Below are positions 31,880 through 42,623 of a stretch of 64,000 nt of DNA, piece by piece; the stretch's first letter is position 1; each line of letters starts with the position of its first letter. Under the pieces are notes generated by a model, which was not told the DNA's origin, did no database searches, and saw nothing but the letters and a program-made list of their open reading frames with translations. Source of the DNA: a bacterium (lineage in GTDB: Bacteria; UBA8248; JACPRG01; G963555815); NCBI GenBank assembly GCA_965261595.1, contig CBDHDG010000006.1:928001-992000 (forward strand), given 5' to 3'. Position numbers and translations under genes: made by a program.

Positions 31880-33061
31880 TCAGTTCAGCGTCTTCCAGTG
31901 GCCGTTGATCACCTTCAGGATATAGGACTTCTTTTCCGCGTCCTGGTGACCGCCGATGGTGACGATGCCCGTCGGTCCGCGGAACCCCTTCACCTTCGCC
32001 AGGCCGTCGCGGATTTTATTCCGGTCGGAGGCCAGGTTTTTCGGGTTGTTGGACACACCCGAGGATTCAATCACCTTCGCCAGGATGAGCAGATTCTCAT
32101 ACGCCTGGGCGGCGGTGAAGTGGGGGTCCACATCGCCCGACTCCTTCTTGTACTCTTTGTAGAAATGCTTGAACTCGGGCGTCGTGCTGTCGAAGGCCAG
32201 GGTCGAGGTGGAATACGTTCCTTCCGTGGCCTTCTGGCCGATCTTGATGTACTGGGCCTGGGAGACGTCGATGCCGCCGTACAGGGCCGACTTCAGCCCT
32301 TGTTTGCGGACCTCCCGGGCGATCTTCCCGGCGTCCCCATAGGTCGAGGACATGACAATGCCGTCGGGGTTCTTGGCGCGGATACGGGTCACCTCTCCGC
32401 TAAAATCCACGCTGTTGGATTGATGCGCGATCTTATCGACCACCTTCACGCCGAGTCTTTTCAGGATCGCGGGCACGATCCTCGATCCGGTGATCTTCAA
32501 GACGGTGATTCGGTTGTCGTACAGGATAGCGGCGGATTTGATGTTGTTGTCTTTCACCCAACGGCTGATACTGAGATTCATCGCCACCGGCGGGAAGATG
32601 GAATTGCGGAATCCCCACGGCTTGAGCTTCCCGCGCAGAGGCGGCGACGCCGAAGAAGCGGAGAACATCACGGTTTTCAACTCGTTGGCGATGGGCGATA
32701 CGGCCTTGACCTGGTTGCTCAGGAAGGGTCCGATGATGGCCAAAACCTTGTCCTTCTTGGCCAGCTTCCTGAACCCCGCGATGGCCTGATCGTTTTTCAT
32801 GTGGGTGTCGAAGAAGATCAGCTCGACGGGAAGACCGCCGATGCCGCCTTTCTTTTTCAGATCTCGCATGGCGACGGCGAGGGCTTCTTTTTGATGCTGT
32901 CCGTTATGCTTCAGCGGACCGGTCAACAACGTCAGGACGCCGATCTTGACGGTCTTGCCCTCCAGGGCCGCGCCGGTTCCGGGAATCGCGGCCATCGCCA
33001 GGGCGGCCAGAACCGCCGCCGCCATGCTGATCCATTTCCCTTTGAGTCCGCTTTTCATCAT
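31880..33061 (-). CDS. Branched-chain amino acid ABC transporter substrate-binding protein
   Basis: Signal peptide, KIGVLTLLTG, GGIGGLPVELIFFD; divergent from the liv genes. Confidence 0.9.
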   Translation of the reverse strand: MMKSGLKGKWISMAAAVLAALAMAAIPGTGAALEGKTVKIGVLTLLTGPLKHNGQHQKEALAVAMRDLKKKGGIGGLPVELIFFDTHMKNDQAIAGFRKLAKKDKVLAIIGPFLSNQVKAVSPIANELKTVMFSASSASPPLRGKLKPWGFRNSIFPPVAMNLSISRWVKDNNIKSAAILYDNRITVLKITGSRIVPAILKRLGVKVVDKIAHQSNSVDFSGEVTRIRAKNPDGIVMSSTYGDAGKIAREVRKQGLKSALYGGIDVSQAQYIKIGQKATEGTYSTSTLAFDSTTPEFKHFYKEYKKESGDVDPHFTAAQAYENLLILAKVIESSGVSNNPKNLASDRNKIRDGLAKVKGFRGPTGIVTIGGHQDAEKKSYILKVINGHWKTLN

Positions 33062-33213
33062 TCTCCCCCTCTTTTTTTCCGGTTGGACGAGAAGGTGTGG
33101 TGCACACCGCTCTGAAGACCGGAGTTGATTACCCGATTCACCTCGTATATCGTGATAATTCCGATGTGTCAATTATACCCTATTTAACTTTTTGAGTATT
33201 ACAACAGTTACGT

Positions 33214-33978
33214 ATGGAAATCCTCGAAGTTCGAAACCTCACCAAGCATTTCGGGCGGGTGGTCGGCCTTGAAGGCGTTGACCTCAGCGTTCCGGAGGGG
33301 GGCGTCTATTCGGTCATCGGCCCGAACGGCGCCGGCAAGACCACGCTGTTCAATTGCATCACCGGCGTCTATCCGCCCAGCGGGGGACAGATCGCCCTCA
33401 ACGGGCAAAACCTGAACGGCATGAAGGCCCACAAGCGCACCGCCCTCGGGCTCTGCCGGACGTTTCAGAACATCCGCCTCTTCGGACGCATGACGGTGCT
33501 GGAAAACGTCCTGATCGGCCGTCATTGCCGGACCCGGAGCGGCGTCACGCGCGCTGCTTTCCGCATGCCGTTCCGTCCCCTGGACGAAGAGGTCGACAAC
33601 AAAAGGCGGGCCGGAGAGCTCCTGGGCCTGATGGGTCTGGAAGACCGGGCGGACGTTCCGGCCGAAGAACTGGCCTACGGCGAGCAAAGGCGGCTCGAGA
33701 TCGCGAGGGCCCTGGCGACGGAGCCCCGCGTCCTTCTCCTGGACGAGCCCACCGCCGGGATGAATCCCCGGGAAACCCGGGAAATGACGGAGACCATCTC
33801 GGGCCTCAAGAAGTGGGTCCCGACCATCCTGCTCATCGAGCATGACATGAAGGTCGTGATGGGGATCTCCGACCGGGTGACCGTGTTGAACTTCGGAATC
33901 AAGATCGCTGAGGGGACGCCCGCCGAGATCCAGGCGGACCCCCAGGTGATCGAAGCCTACCTCGGCCGTGAGGATTAA
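33214..33978 (+). CDS. livG: HAAT ABC transporter ATP-binding protein (LivG-like)
   Basis: GPNGAGKTT, LAYGEQRRLEIARAL and LLLDEP motifs. Confidence 0.9.
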   Translation: MEILEVRNLTKHFGRVVGLEGVDLSVPEGGVYSVIGPNGAGKTTLFNCITGVYPPSGGQIALNGQNLNGMKAHKRTALGLCRTFQNIRLFGRMTVLENVLIGRHCRTRSGVTRAAFRMPFRPLDEEVDNKRRAGELLGLMGLEDRADVPAEELAYGEQRRLEIARALATEPRVLLLDEPTAGMNPRETREMTETISGLKKWVPTILLIEHDMKVVMGISDRVTVLNFGIKIAEGTPAEIQADPQVIEAYLGRED

Positions 33979-34701
33979 GTGAACGGGAACCAGGACATCC
34001 TGACCGTTGCCGACCTGTCGGCGTCCTACGGGCGGATTGAGGCCCTGCGCGGCGTGAGCCTCCGGATTCGGGAGGGGGAGATCGTCACCCTCATCGGCGC
34101 GAACGGGGCCGGAAAGAGCACCCTGCTGCGCACCATCTCCGGAATCCTGAAACCCAAGAGCGGGATGATTCGCTTCCAGGGGGAGCCGCTCGCGCCGCTG
34201 GCCCCCGAGAAGATCGTCCAACGGGGGATCATCCAGGTGCAGGAGGGACGGGGCATCCTGGGCTCCATGACCGTGCTCGAGAACCTGGAATTGGGGGCCT
34301 ATATCCGAAGCGACAAAGGTGAGATCGAGAAAGATCTGAACGATGTCTTCATCCGATTTCCCATCCTGGAAGAGCGAAAATGCCAGTTGGGGTCGAGCCT
34401 CAGCGGCGGGGAGCAGCAGATGCTCGCCATCGCCCGGGGGCTGATGGGCCGGCCTAGGCTCCTGATGATGGACGAGCCCTCCCTGGGGCTGGCCCCCAAG
34501 CTGGTCAACGAGGTCTTCGCCATCGTCAAGGGTCTGAAGAAGGAGGGAAAGACCATCCTGTTGGTGGAGCAGAACGCCCGCAAGGCCCTCCAATGCGCCG
34601 ATCGGGGGTACGTGATGGAGACCGGCGAGATCGTCATGGAAGGGTCCGCGGCGGACCTCCTCGACCACGAGCGCGTCAAAGAAGCATACCTGGGCGGCTG
34701 A
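33979..34701 (+). CDS. livF: HAAT ABC transporter ATP-binding protein (LivF-like)
   Basis: GANGAGKST, LSGGEQQMLAIAR and DEPSLGLAP motifs. Confidence 0.9.
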   Translation: MNGNQDILTVADLSASYGRIEALRGVSLRIREGEIVTLIGANGAGKSTLLRTISGILKPKSGMIRFQGEPLAPLAPEKIVQRGIIQVQEGRGILGSMTVLENLELGAYIRSDKGEIEKDLNDVFIRFPILEERKCQLGSSLSGGEQQMLAIARGLMGRPRLLMMDEPSLGLAPKLVNEVFAIVKGLKKEGKTILLVEQNARKALQCADRGYVMETGEIVMEGSAADLLDHERVKEAYLGG

Positions 34702-34707
34702 ATTCCG

Positions 34708-35586
34708 ATGATCTTATTCATCCAACAACTGGTCAACGGTCTCATGCTGGGGTCGACGTATTCCCTGGTGGCCATCGGTTACACCCTCATCCTCGGCACG
34801 CTGAACCTCCTCCACTTCGCCCATGGCGAGGTGTTCATGATGGGGGCCTTCTTCGGCCTTCTCATGGTCCTTTTCTGGAATGTGAACTTCTACGTCGCGA
34901 TCCTGGGCGGGATGCTCGGCGCCGCGCTCGTCGGGATCCTGGTCGAGGCGCTCGCCATCCGGCCCATCAAGAAGGGGCACCACCTGGCCCCCCTCATCTC
35001 GACCATCGGCGTGACGATCATCCTCCAGGAGGCGGCCCACTATTTCTCAGGCGGCGAGCCCCTCAGCTTTCCCGAAACCGTGACGGTCACCAACTTCGAC
35101 CTGGGCGGCATCCGGATCAACAGCGTCCAGATCACCATCTTCGTCATCTCGATCCTGCTGATGTTCGTCCTTCACCTCTTTGTCAAGAATACGAAGATGG
35201 GCAAGGCCATGCGCGCCACGGCGGAGAGCCCGACGACGGCGACGCTGCTCGGCATCAGCGTCAACCAGGTCACCATCGCCACCTTCTTCATCGCCTCCGC
35301 GCTGGCCGGGGCGTCGGGCGTCCTGGTGGGGCTGAGCTATAACGCCGTAACGCCGGGCATGGGGGTGCCCATGGCCATCAAGGGCTTCGCCATCATGCTC
35401 CTCGGCGGGTTGGGCAACATCTACGGGGCGATGATCGGCGGCCTCATCGTGGGCGGGGTCGAGATCCTGAGCGTGGGGTACCTGGCCCCCTCTTACCGGG
35501 ACGCCTTCACCTTCGGGTTGATGATCCTGATCCTCATCTTCAGGCCCTCGGGGATCCTGGGGGTCAGCCTGAGCAAGCGGGCGTAG
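34708..35586 (+). CDS. livH: HAAT ABC transporter permease (LivH-like)
   Basis: QQLVNGL..GS.YSLVAIG, FAHG and GKAMRA motifs. Confidence 0.9.
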   Translation: MILFIQQLVNGLMLGSTYSLVAIGYTLILGTLNLLHFAHGEVFMMGAFFGLLMVLFWNVNFYVAILGGMLGAALVGILVEALAIRPIKKGHHLAPLISTIGVTIILQEAAHYFSGGEPLSFPETVTVTNFDLGGIRINSVQITIFVISILLMFVLHLFVKNTKMGKAMRATAESPTTATLLGISVNQVTIATFFIASALAGASGVLVGLSYNAVTPGMGVPMAIKGFAIMLLGGLGNIYGAMIGGLIVGGVEILSVGYLAPSYRDAFTFGLMILILIFRPSGILGVSLSKRA

Positions 35587-35588
35587 CG

Positions 35589-36446
35589 ATGCTGAACCTC
35601 GATTGGGCGACTGTCTTTTTGTCCATGGGCATTCACATCATCATGGCCCTCTCCTTTTACCTGGCCTACTCCTGCGGGCTGATCTCCCTCGCCCAGGCGG
35701 GCTTCATGGCCATCGGGGCGTACCTCGCTTCCTGGATGACGGTGAACGAAGGGTGGGAGTTTTACAGCGCGTGTCTTATGGGGGGAGGGGCCGCCGCGGT
35801 CGTGGGGACCCTCGCGGCGCTTCCGGCTTTGCGAATCCGCGGGATCTACCTCCTCCTCCTGACCTTGGGGATCAACGAGATCATCATCGTCTTCTTCTAC
35901 AACTTCGAGCCCACAGGCGGCGCGGAGGGCTTTTACGGGATGAAGGGCTACACGCAGAACTGGAACGTGTGGCTGGTGGTGGCCGTCTTGCTCTTCTTCT
36001 TCGACCGGCTGGAGCGCTCGCGCGTGGGCCGGGCGTTCGAGGCCGTCCACGCCGATGAGGAAGCGGCCGATCTCATGGGCGTCCACCTGACCACAACAAA
36101 GATCCAGGCCTTCGCCCTCTCGGCCTTTATCGCCGGCATCGGCGGCGCGTTCTGGGCCCACTTCACCCGGGCCATGGAGCCGGTCAATTTCAACGTGTTC
36201 GTCTCCATCGAGTTCATCATCTTCGTCTTCGTGGGCGGGATGCGGACCTATTGGGGGGCGGTCGCGGGAACGGCGCTGCTGACGCTTCTGGATGAAGTGG
36301 TGCTGCGGAACATCACCATCGCGGGGGTCGAGCTGCGGGGCATGGCTTTTGGGGCGATCCTCGTCCTGATGATGATCTTCCGCCCCGAGGGTCTCCTGAA
36401 CCGCGACCCGTTCCGTTTCCTCCGAAGGCGCCGGGCGGCGGCCTGA
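35589..36446 (+). CDS. livM: HAAT ABC transporter permease (LivM-like)
   Basis: SLAQAGFMAIGAY, TGG..G and FRPEGL motifs. Confidence 0.88.
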   Translation: MLNLDWATVFLSMGIHIIMALSFYLAYSCGLISLAQAGFMAIGAYLASWMTVNEGWEFYSACLMGGGAAAVVGTLAALPALRIRGIYLLLLTLGINEIIIVFFYNFEPTGGAEGFYGMKGYTQNWNVWLVVAVLLFFFDRLERSRVGRAFEAVHADEEAADLMGVHLTTTKIQAFALSAFIAGIGGAFWAHFTRAMEPVNFNVFVSIEFIIFVFVGGMRTYWGAVAGTALLTLLDEVVLRNITIAGVELRGMAFGAILVLMMIFRPEGLLNRDPFRFLRRRRAAA

Positions 36447-36652
36447 AAATGAGTTTCACGATGGGTCGCCCTTTTGCGGGAGCGGCCTAGAATACGCGGC
36501 CCGGTTGGGCGCGTCCCCCGGAGGCCTTCTCCTATATCTGGATATTTCACAAGTAAGGACGGTTCAGCGGTTTTCATTCGATAAATTCTTTAAAGATCAA
36601 CCGATGGGCCAAGAGATAAAATTCGAGGGGAGTGGAACACCCTGTCCTTGGC

Positions 36653-36733
36653 GGGCGGGCACGGAGCCCCGCCCCTACATTTCAGATTCTCTACCATCGA
36701 ATCCGGTGTAAGGGCGGGGCTCTGTACCCGCCT
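36653..36733. repeat. Inverted REP doublet (REPIN-like) between convergent genes
   Basis: GGGCGGGCACGGAGCCCCGCCCCTAC and GTAAGGGCGGGGCTCTGTACCCGCC in opposite orientation. Confidence 0.6.
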
Positions 36734-36805
36734 CGATCCGTTACCCAACAATCCAATGACTGATCCTACACGGGCCTGTAACGGAATCGTTATGAGATAT
36801 CCAGG

Positions 36806-37120
36806 TTAATCATTCGGGGAAGGCTTTCTTTCTTCTTCGATGACCTCGTAGCACCGCTCTCCCCTCCGCCCCGAACCTTTTCCGGGAAGGGACCGGACCA
36901 AAACGACGAGCCGCCGGTTCCAGGTGTCGATCCCGACGCGGTCCCCCTCGTGAATCAGCCTACCCGATTTGGCGGGATGTCCGTTGACGGTTACGGCCCC
37001 GGCCGCGCAGAAGCTTTGGGCCAGAGAACGGCGCTTGAGGATTCCGGCTTTTTTGAGAAAGACATCCAGGCGGATGCCCGGGGGTTCCGGGCTCCGGGCT
37101 CCCTCACGGGGAGACGTCAC
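36806..37120 (-). CDS. S4-domain RNA-binding protein (Hsp15/YabO-like)
   Basis: RLDVFLKKAGILKRRSLAQ...VTVNG..AKSG..I..GD; GTG start overlaps the surA stop. Confidence 0.85.
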   Translation of the reverse strand: MTSPREGARSPEPPGIRLDVFLKKAGILKRRSLAQSFCAAGAVTVNGHPAKSGRLIHEGDRVGIDTWNRRLVVLVRSLPGKGSGRRGERCYEVIEEERKPSPND

Positions 37121-38112
37121 ATGGTGACCTCGATGTACGCCTTTTTCTTCAAATCTTCCATCCACCGGCGCATTCGGGCCGCGACCTTATCCTGAAAGAT
37201 CCGGTTGCGGATCTTCTTTTCCACCTCATTGAGCGGGGGGGGGGTTCGGGGAAGCCGCCTGACCAGCTTGATGATGTGGAACCCGGCCCGCGTCCGCACC
37301 ACGTCGGACACCTCTCCCTCCTTGATGGCGAACAGCACCCGCTCGAAGTTCGGAAGCACTTCGCCCCTGCGGATGATTCCCAAATCGCCGCCCTTCGCGG
37401 CCGACGGGTCCTGGGAATTCTTTTTGGCCATATCGGAAAAACCGGCGCCCCCGCGGATCCTGCGCAACACCCGTTCGGCGGCCGATCGGTTCGCTCGCTC
37501 GATGTCCGGGGCGGCGTTGATGGGGGTCAGGATCAAGATGTGGCTGGCGCGGAGCCGCTCGGGAGGCAGAAACTCGGACCGGTGGCTCTTGTAATAGGTT
37601 TCGATTTCCCGCGGCGCGACGCTGACCCGGGACCGGACCTCGATGTTCATGACCTTTCGGAGCAGGATCTCCTCGCCGACGCGCTCCCGGTATTCCGGAA
37701 TCGTCATCCCCTCCCGCTTCAGGAGCACCTCGAGTTCGCTGTCGGAGATGTTGTTCCGCTTCTTCACGTCGTCCAGCGCCCGATCGACTTCGGAGTCGGA
37801 GAAGGAAAGGTCCATCGCCTTGGCGCGGTTGACCCGGAGACGGCGTGTAATGAGAAGATCAAGGTATTTCCGCTGCACCCGCTCAATTTCCTGTTTCAAC
37901 CGGCGGCCGTTGTAACGCTGTTGGAGTTGCGCGAACTCGCCCCTGCCCGCCTCCTGGACCTGGCTCAGCGTGATGATGTCCTTGTTGACGACGGCGACAA
38001 TCCGGTCAATCACGACCGCCCGGGCGGAAGGGGCGCAAAGTCCCCCCGCCACCGCAAAGACCATCAAGCTCCCGAATCCCAAAACCCGCAAAACGGGCGC
38101 CAGACCGATCAT
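37117..38112 (-). CDS. surA: SurA-like parvulin peptidyl-prolyl isomerase
   Basis: IDRIVAVVN..IIT, ASHIL, SQDPSAAKGGDLG and GFHII motifs. Confidence 0.85.
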   Translation of the reverse strand: MIGLAPVLRVLGFGSLMVFAVAGGLCAPSARAVVIDRIVAVVNKDIITLSQVQEAGRGEFAQLQQRYNGRRLKQEIERVQRKYLDLLITRRLRVNRAKAMDLSFSDSEVDRALDDVKKRNNISDSELEVLLKREGMTIPEYRERVGEEILLRKVMNIEVRSRVSVAPREIETYYKSHRSEFLPPERLRASHILILTPINAAPDIERANRSAAERVLRRIRGGAGFSDMAKKNSQDPSAAKGGDLGIIRRGEVLPNFERVLFAIKEGEVSDVVRTRAGFHIIKLVRRLPRTPPPLNEVEKKIRNRIFQDKVAARMRRWMEDLKKKAYIEVTM

Positions 38113-38194
38113 TTCAGCGGTCCTCCCGAGTCCGACCCGGCAGTCGAAGGGATCCCTTGCATGAAAGACGCTCCTTCCGACGGCATTCCATAAT

Positions 38195-41100
38195 TCAATC
38201 CGAAATATCCTCTTCCGGTTGATCGGAGATGGTAGCGCAGGCTTCCAGCGCGATCAACACCCTTTCCAGCATCTCCCGGCGTTCCGACTCCTCCGGCGGC
38301 GCGGGAACCCGGAATGTCCTCGGGTCGAGGAACTTCAGGCCCGGGGTGGCCAGGAATTCCGGCGTCAGCTGATAGGGCCGATCCTCCGGATGGAAGGTGG
38401 CCCATCCATCCGAGACGGTGAGCTTTTCCACGCCGGCCCGGGTGGCGAGGATGCGCAACCGGGCGGTCCCGAACAGGGATTCGGCCTCGGGGGGCATGGC
38501 GCCGAATCGATCGGCCAGGGCGCTCCGGAGCGCTTCGAGCTCGCCGGTGGTCTGCGTATCGGCGATTTCGCGGTAAAGCTCCAGGCGCTGATTCTGTCCC
38601 GGCACATAGTCTTCCGGGAAGGAAGGCCGCACACCCAAGGACAACTCGGGCTCGATTCGCCGGACGGCCCGCTCTCCCTTCACCCCCTCGACCGCTTCTT
38701 CGAGCAGCCGGCAGTAGAGATCGAATCCGACGGCCGCGATGTGGCCCGACTGCTCGGCCCCGATGATGTTGCCCGCTCCCCGGATCTCGAGGTCTCGGGC
38801 GGCCAGACGGAAGCCGGCGCCCAGCTCGCTCAGCTCTTCCAACGCCTTCAGTCTGCTCCGGGCCGTCGGGGTGAGGCTCCGCCCCACCTGCACCAGAAAG
38901 TACGCGAACGCCTGCCGATCCGACCGCCCGACGCGCCCCCGGAGCTGGTAGAGCTGGGCGAGGCCGTACATCTCGGCTCGGTTGACGATGATGGTGTTGG
39001 CATTGGAGATGTCCAGGCCGTTCTCGATGATCGTCGTGCAGAGCAGGACATCGAACTTTCGATTCAGGAATCCCACCATGGCCCCGTGAAGCTGCTTTTC
39101 CCGCATCTGGCCGTGGGCGACCGCCAAGCGCAGCCCCGGGACCAAACGGTGGAGATATTGGGCCGTGGCGTCGATGGTTTCCACGCGGGGATGAACGAAG
39201 AACACCTGCCCCCCCCGCTCCCGCTCCCGGGTCAGGGCCTCCCGGATGACGCGGTCCTCGAACGGACAAACGTAGGTGCGAACGGCCAGCCGGTCGGGGG
39301 GCGGGGTGTCGATGACGCTCAGGTCCCGGATTCCCATCAGGCTCATCTGGAAGGTCCGGGGGATGGGCGTCGCCGTCAGCGTCAACAGATCCACGGTCGC
39401 CCGGAGACCCTTGAGCTTCTCCTTGTGGGCCACGCCGAAGCGCTGCTCTTCATCCACGACGATCAGGCCCAGCTCCCGGAACTTGACGTCGGACTGGAGC
39501 ATCCGGTGCGTCCCGATGAGGATATCCACCTCCCCGGCGGCCAGGCGCTTGAGAACGTCTTTTTGCTCGGCGCGGCTCCGAAACCGGGTCAGGCATTCGA
39601 TAGACATCGGGTAATCGGCCAAACGCTCCTGAAAGGTGACCCGGTGCTGCTCGGCCAGGACGGTCGTCGGCGCCAGGACGCAAACCTGCTTTTTGTCCAT
39701 CACGGCCTTGAAGGCCGCCCGGATGGCCACTTCCGTCTTTCCGTACCCTACGTCTCCGCAGATCAGCCGATCCATCGGACGCGATTTCTCCATGTCCGCG
39801 ATCACATCCTGAATGGCCTGGACCTGACCCGGGGTCTCCTCGAACGGAAAGGAAGCCGCGAACTCCCGGGTCCAGTGATCGTCGGGAGAGAACGTGAACC
39901 CCTCGGCGACCTGACGCCGCGCCGCCAGCTTCATGAGCCCCTGCGCCATGGCCAGGACAGCGGCCCGGGTCTTTTTCTTCGTCTTGGCCCACGCCGCCCC
40001 CCCCAACCGATCAATCCTCGGGGTTCCCTGGCCGGCGCCCATGTATTTTTCAACGAGGTTCAGGTTCTCCATGGGGACGAAGAGCTTGTCTCCGCCCTGG
40101 TACTCGATCACCAGGAACTCCTGCCCTACCCCGGCCAGGCCGATCCGGTCCACGCCCTGATAGATGCCGATTCCGTAATCCCGATGGACGACGTAGTCTC
40201 CCGCCTGGATCTCGTGGAAGGCCGCCTCGAAAGCCTTTCTTCGGGGAGGCGGGGCCGCCCTCCGGCGCACGGGCGTGTAAAAGATCTCTTCTTCCCGAAT
40301 CGCGACGCAATCCAGGTCCTCGCTCTGGAAGCTCTCGGAAAGCCGGCCGACCAGGAGGACCGCATCCGGCTCTTCGGATTCGGAAAAAAACCAGCCGCCG
40401 ACGTCGGGGCCCTCCAGGATGGAGGCCCCCAGCTCGAACTCCCGCAGAATCTGCTGGAGCCTCAGGGCCTGCGTTCGGTGGACGGCCACGATCGCCACCC
40501 GCAGTCCTTTGTCCAGCCAAATCTTCAGTTGGCGCACAAACACCGGAACCCGGCCCTGAAAGGCGCCGGGGCGTCCCGTATTGAGATGGAGGTGCGGTTC
40601 GCCGTCCTGACCTTCGCCCGCTCCCAAGCCGAGGGAGGGAAGGTCGATCACGGGAGAGTCCGGCGCGGCCCGCGCCGTCAGGGCGTCGAGCACCGCTCCC
40701 GGCGGGAGGGAGAAATCCTCAAGGGGAAACGGGACCCCCGCGCGGCCGGCGTCCACGGCCTCCAAGAGCCTTTCCCAATGCGCTTCATCCGCCTCCGGCA
40801 TGGCGTCCGGCTCGGACAGGGCAACCAGGGCGTCGGGCGGCAAGGCCTCCACGGCGGCGATCAGGTCGTCCCGAAGCAGGGGCGCCAGGGTTTCAAACCC
40901 CGGGAAGTGGCCATCCTCCAACAACCGGTCGGCCAGAAGCTCAAACCGGTCCCGTTCACCCGGTTCCCCGGATTCGGCCCAATCCCGCAGCCTCCCGGCC
41001 GCGCGCGTTCGGGCTTCTTCATCGAGGATAACCTCCCGGGCGGGCATGATTTGGACCCGCTCCAGCCGCTCGACCGATCGCTGATCTCCGACCTGGAAGC

Positions 41101-41731
41101 GGCGCAGGGAGAAAACACCGTCCTCGTCGAACTCGATCCGGACGGGAAACTCCGACTGGGGCGAAAATACGTCCACCAGCGATCCGCGAACCGCGTATTC
41201 CCCCTCATCCTCCACCACCGGACTTCGGTGATAACCCGCGCGCAAGAGGTCTTCCAACAGCTCGTCCCGATCCAGGGGATCGCCCCGCTCCAGGTCGATC
41301 GCGGCTGAGAGAATCGCCTGGGGGGGGATCAGCTTTTGCGCCAAGGCGGAAAGCGAGGTCACCGTCAGGAAGGGCTCTCCCTCCGACCAGGCCGAAAGGG
41401 CGGTGAGCCGCGCGCCGACTGTTTTTGGGCTGGGGGAGAGCGGCTCGAGCGGCGCCAGATCCCAGGGGGGGAAGATGAGGACGGGGGGTCCGGCGGGGTC
41501 CTGGAAAAAACAGAGATCCTCATAAAGACGGAGGGCGGCGTCCCCGGTCGGGGTCACGGCCACGATGCCGCACCCGGCGCCGGCCCGGCGCCTCTCGCGC
41601 AGAAGGGACGTCAGGTAAAGCGCGCGCGCCGCGTCGGTCGTGCCGCTGACGCACAGTCGGGAGACGCCGGAAGGAAACCGGGTCCATTCGGACAGACGGG
41701 ACGTCCGGGAGGGTTCGGCCGGGGCCTTCAT
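38195..41731 (-). CDS. mfd: Transcription-repair coupling factor
   Basis: VRGSLVDVF, VVHRDYGIG, GDVGYGKTEVA, DEEQRFG and QLRGRVGR motifs; start moved to the ATG at 41731. Confidence 0.96.
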   Translation of the reverse strand: MKAPAEPSRTSRLSEWTRFPSGVSRLCVSGTTDAARALYLTSLLRERRRAGAGCGIVAVTPTGDAALRLYEDLCFFQDPAGPPVLIFPPWDLAPLEPLSPSPKTVGARLTALSAWSEGEPFLTVTSLSALAQKLIPPQAILSAAIDLERGDPLDRDELLEDLLRAGYHRSPVVEDEGEYAVRGSLVDVFSPQSEFPVRIEFDEDGVFSLRRFQVGDQRSVERLERVQIMPAREVILDEEARTRAAGRLRDWAESGEPGERDRFELLADRLLEDGHFPGFETLAPLLRDDLIAAVEALPPDALVALSEPDAMPEADEAHWERLLEAVDAGRAGVPFPLEDFSLPPGAVLDALTARAAPDSPVIDLPSLGLGAGEGQDGEPHLHLNTGRPGAFQGRVPVFVRQLKIWLDKGLRVAIVAVHRTQALRLQQILREFELGASILEGPDVGGWFFSESEEPDAVLLVGRLSESFQSEDLDCVAIREEEIFYTPVRRRAAPPPRRKAFEAAFHEIQAGDYVVHRDYGIGIYQGVDRIGLAGVGQEFLVIEYQGGDKLFVPMENLNLVEKYMGAGQGTPRIDRLGGAAWAKTKKKTRAAVLAMAQGLMKLAARRQVAEGFTFSPDDHWTREFAASFPFEETPGQVQAIQDVIADMEKSRPMDRLICGDVGYGKTEVAIRAAFKAVMDKKQVCVLAPTTVLAEQHRVTFQERLADYPMSIECLTRFRSRAEQKDVLKRLAAGEVDILIGTHRMLQSDVKFRELGLIVVDEEQRFGVAHKEKLKGLRATVDLLTLTATPIPRTFQMSLMGIRDLSVIDTPPPDRLAVRTYVCPFEDRVIREALTRERERGGQVFFVHPRVETIDATAQYLHRLVPGLRLAVAHGQMREKQLHGAMVGFLNRKFDVLLCTTIIENGLDISNANTIIVNRAEMYGLAQLYQLRGRVGRSDRQAFAYFLVQVGRSLTPTARSRLKALEELSELGAGFRLAARDLEIRGAGNIIGAEQSGHIAAVGFDLYCRLLEEAVEGVKGERAVRRIEPELSLGVRPSFPEDYVPGQNQRLELYREIADTQTTGELEALRSALADRFGAMPPEAESLFGTARLRILATRAGVEKLTVSDGWATFHPEDRPYQLTPEFLATPGLKFLDPRTFRVPAPPEESERREMLERVLIALEACATISDQPEEDISD

Positions 41732-42612
41732 CCTTTCCCCCCTTCGTCCAGGAGGGCCGCTTCCATCACCTTTCGAACCTTTTCGACCGGAAGCTCCGCA
41801 CCGGTCCAGATCCGGAAGTTTTCCGCCCCCTGAAAAACGAGCATCCCGAGGCCGCCCACCGTTTTTGCTCCCCGGCCGGCGGCGGCCCGAAGAAATGGCG
41901 TCTCCAGGGGCCGATAGACAATGTCCACCACCACTTGGCCGGGGCGCAGACAGCCCGGGTCGAGGGGCGGCGGCCCTTCGGCCTCCCCGTCCCGCCGGAT
42001 CAAACCGAGGGAGGTGCATTGGATGACGGCGTCCGCCATCGTCGCGGCGCTCTCCGCTTCTCCGCCCCTCAGCGGAACGGCCCGGACGTCGACGGAATCG
42101 AACGTCTTTCGGATCCACCCGGCCAGGGTCCGCGCCCGGGACAGGGTGCGGTTGGCAATGATCAGCGCGCGCGCCCCTTGGGCGGCCAGCTCCGAGGCGA
42201 TCCCCCGGGCCGCGCCCCCCGCCCCCAGGAGGAGGAAACGCCCTCCGCGGGGATCCAGGTCCGCCTCCTCCCGTAAAGAGCGGACGAAACCGGCGCCGTC
42301 GGTGTTGTGGCCGACGAGTCGATCACCCTCCCGAAAGACCAGGTTCACCGCGCCGATGCGCCGGGCGGCCTCGGTCAGCTCGTCCAGGTGGCCGATGACC
42401 GCTTCCTTGTGGGGGATGGTGAGTGCGACTCCGTGGATTCCCAGCGCGCGAATCCCGAGGAAGGCATCGCCCAAACGCTCGGGGGGAACCTCGAAAGCCA
42501 AAAATCGGTAGGGAAGGCTCAATTCCGCCAGCGCCGTATCGAACATCAACGGCGAAAGGGAATGCCCCAAAGGAAAACCCATCACCCCCAGGGCGCGCTC
42601 CACGGATGGCAT
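41728..42612 (-). CDS. aroE: Shikimate dehydrogenase
   Basis: HSLSP, TIPHK, GHNTDG, GAGGAA, DIVY.P and GLGML..QG motifs. Confidence 0.94.
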   Translation of the reverse strand: MPSVERALGVMGFPLGHSLSPLMFDTALAELSLPYRFLAFEVPPERLGDAFLGIRALGIHGVALTIPHKEAVIGHLDELTEAARRIGAVNLVFREGDRLVGHNTDGAGFVRSLREEADLDPRGGRFLLLGAGGAARGIASELAAQGARALIIANRTLSRARTLAGWIRKTFDSVDVRAVPLRGGEAESAATMADAVIQCTSLGLIRRDGEAEGPPPLDPGCLRPGQVVVDIVYRPLETPFLRAAAGRGAKTVGGLGMLVFQGAENFRIWTGAELPVEKVRKVMEAALLDEGGKG

Positions 42613-42623
42613 CGGTGAGAAGG

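Noticed and set aside
38219..41308. Long antisense and overlapping ORFs (for example 1029 aa opposite mfd; also 18395-20509 and 55550-57298)
   Set aside because: Shadow ORFs produced by high GC3 codon bias, with no motifs.
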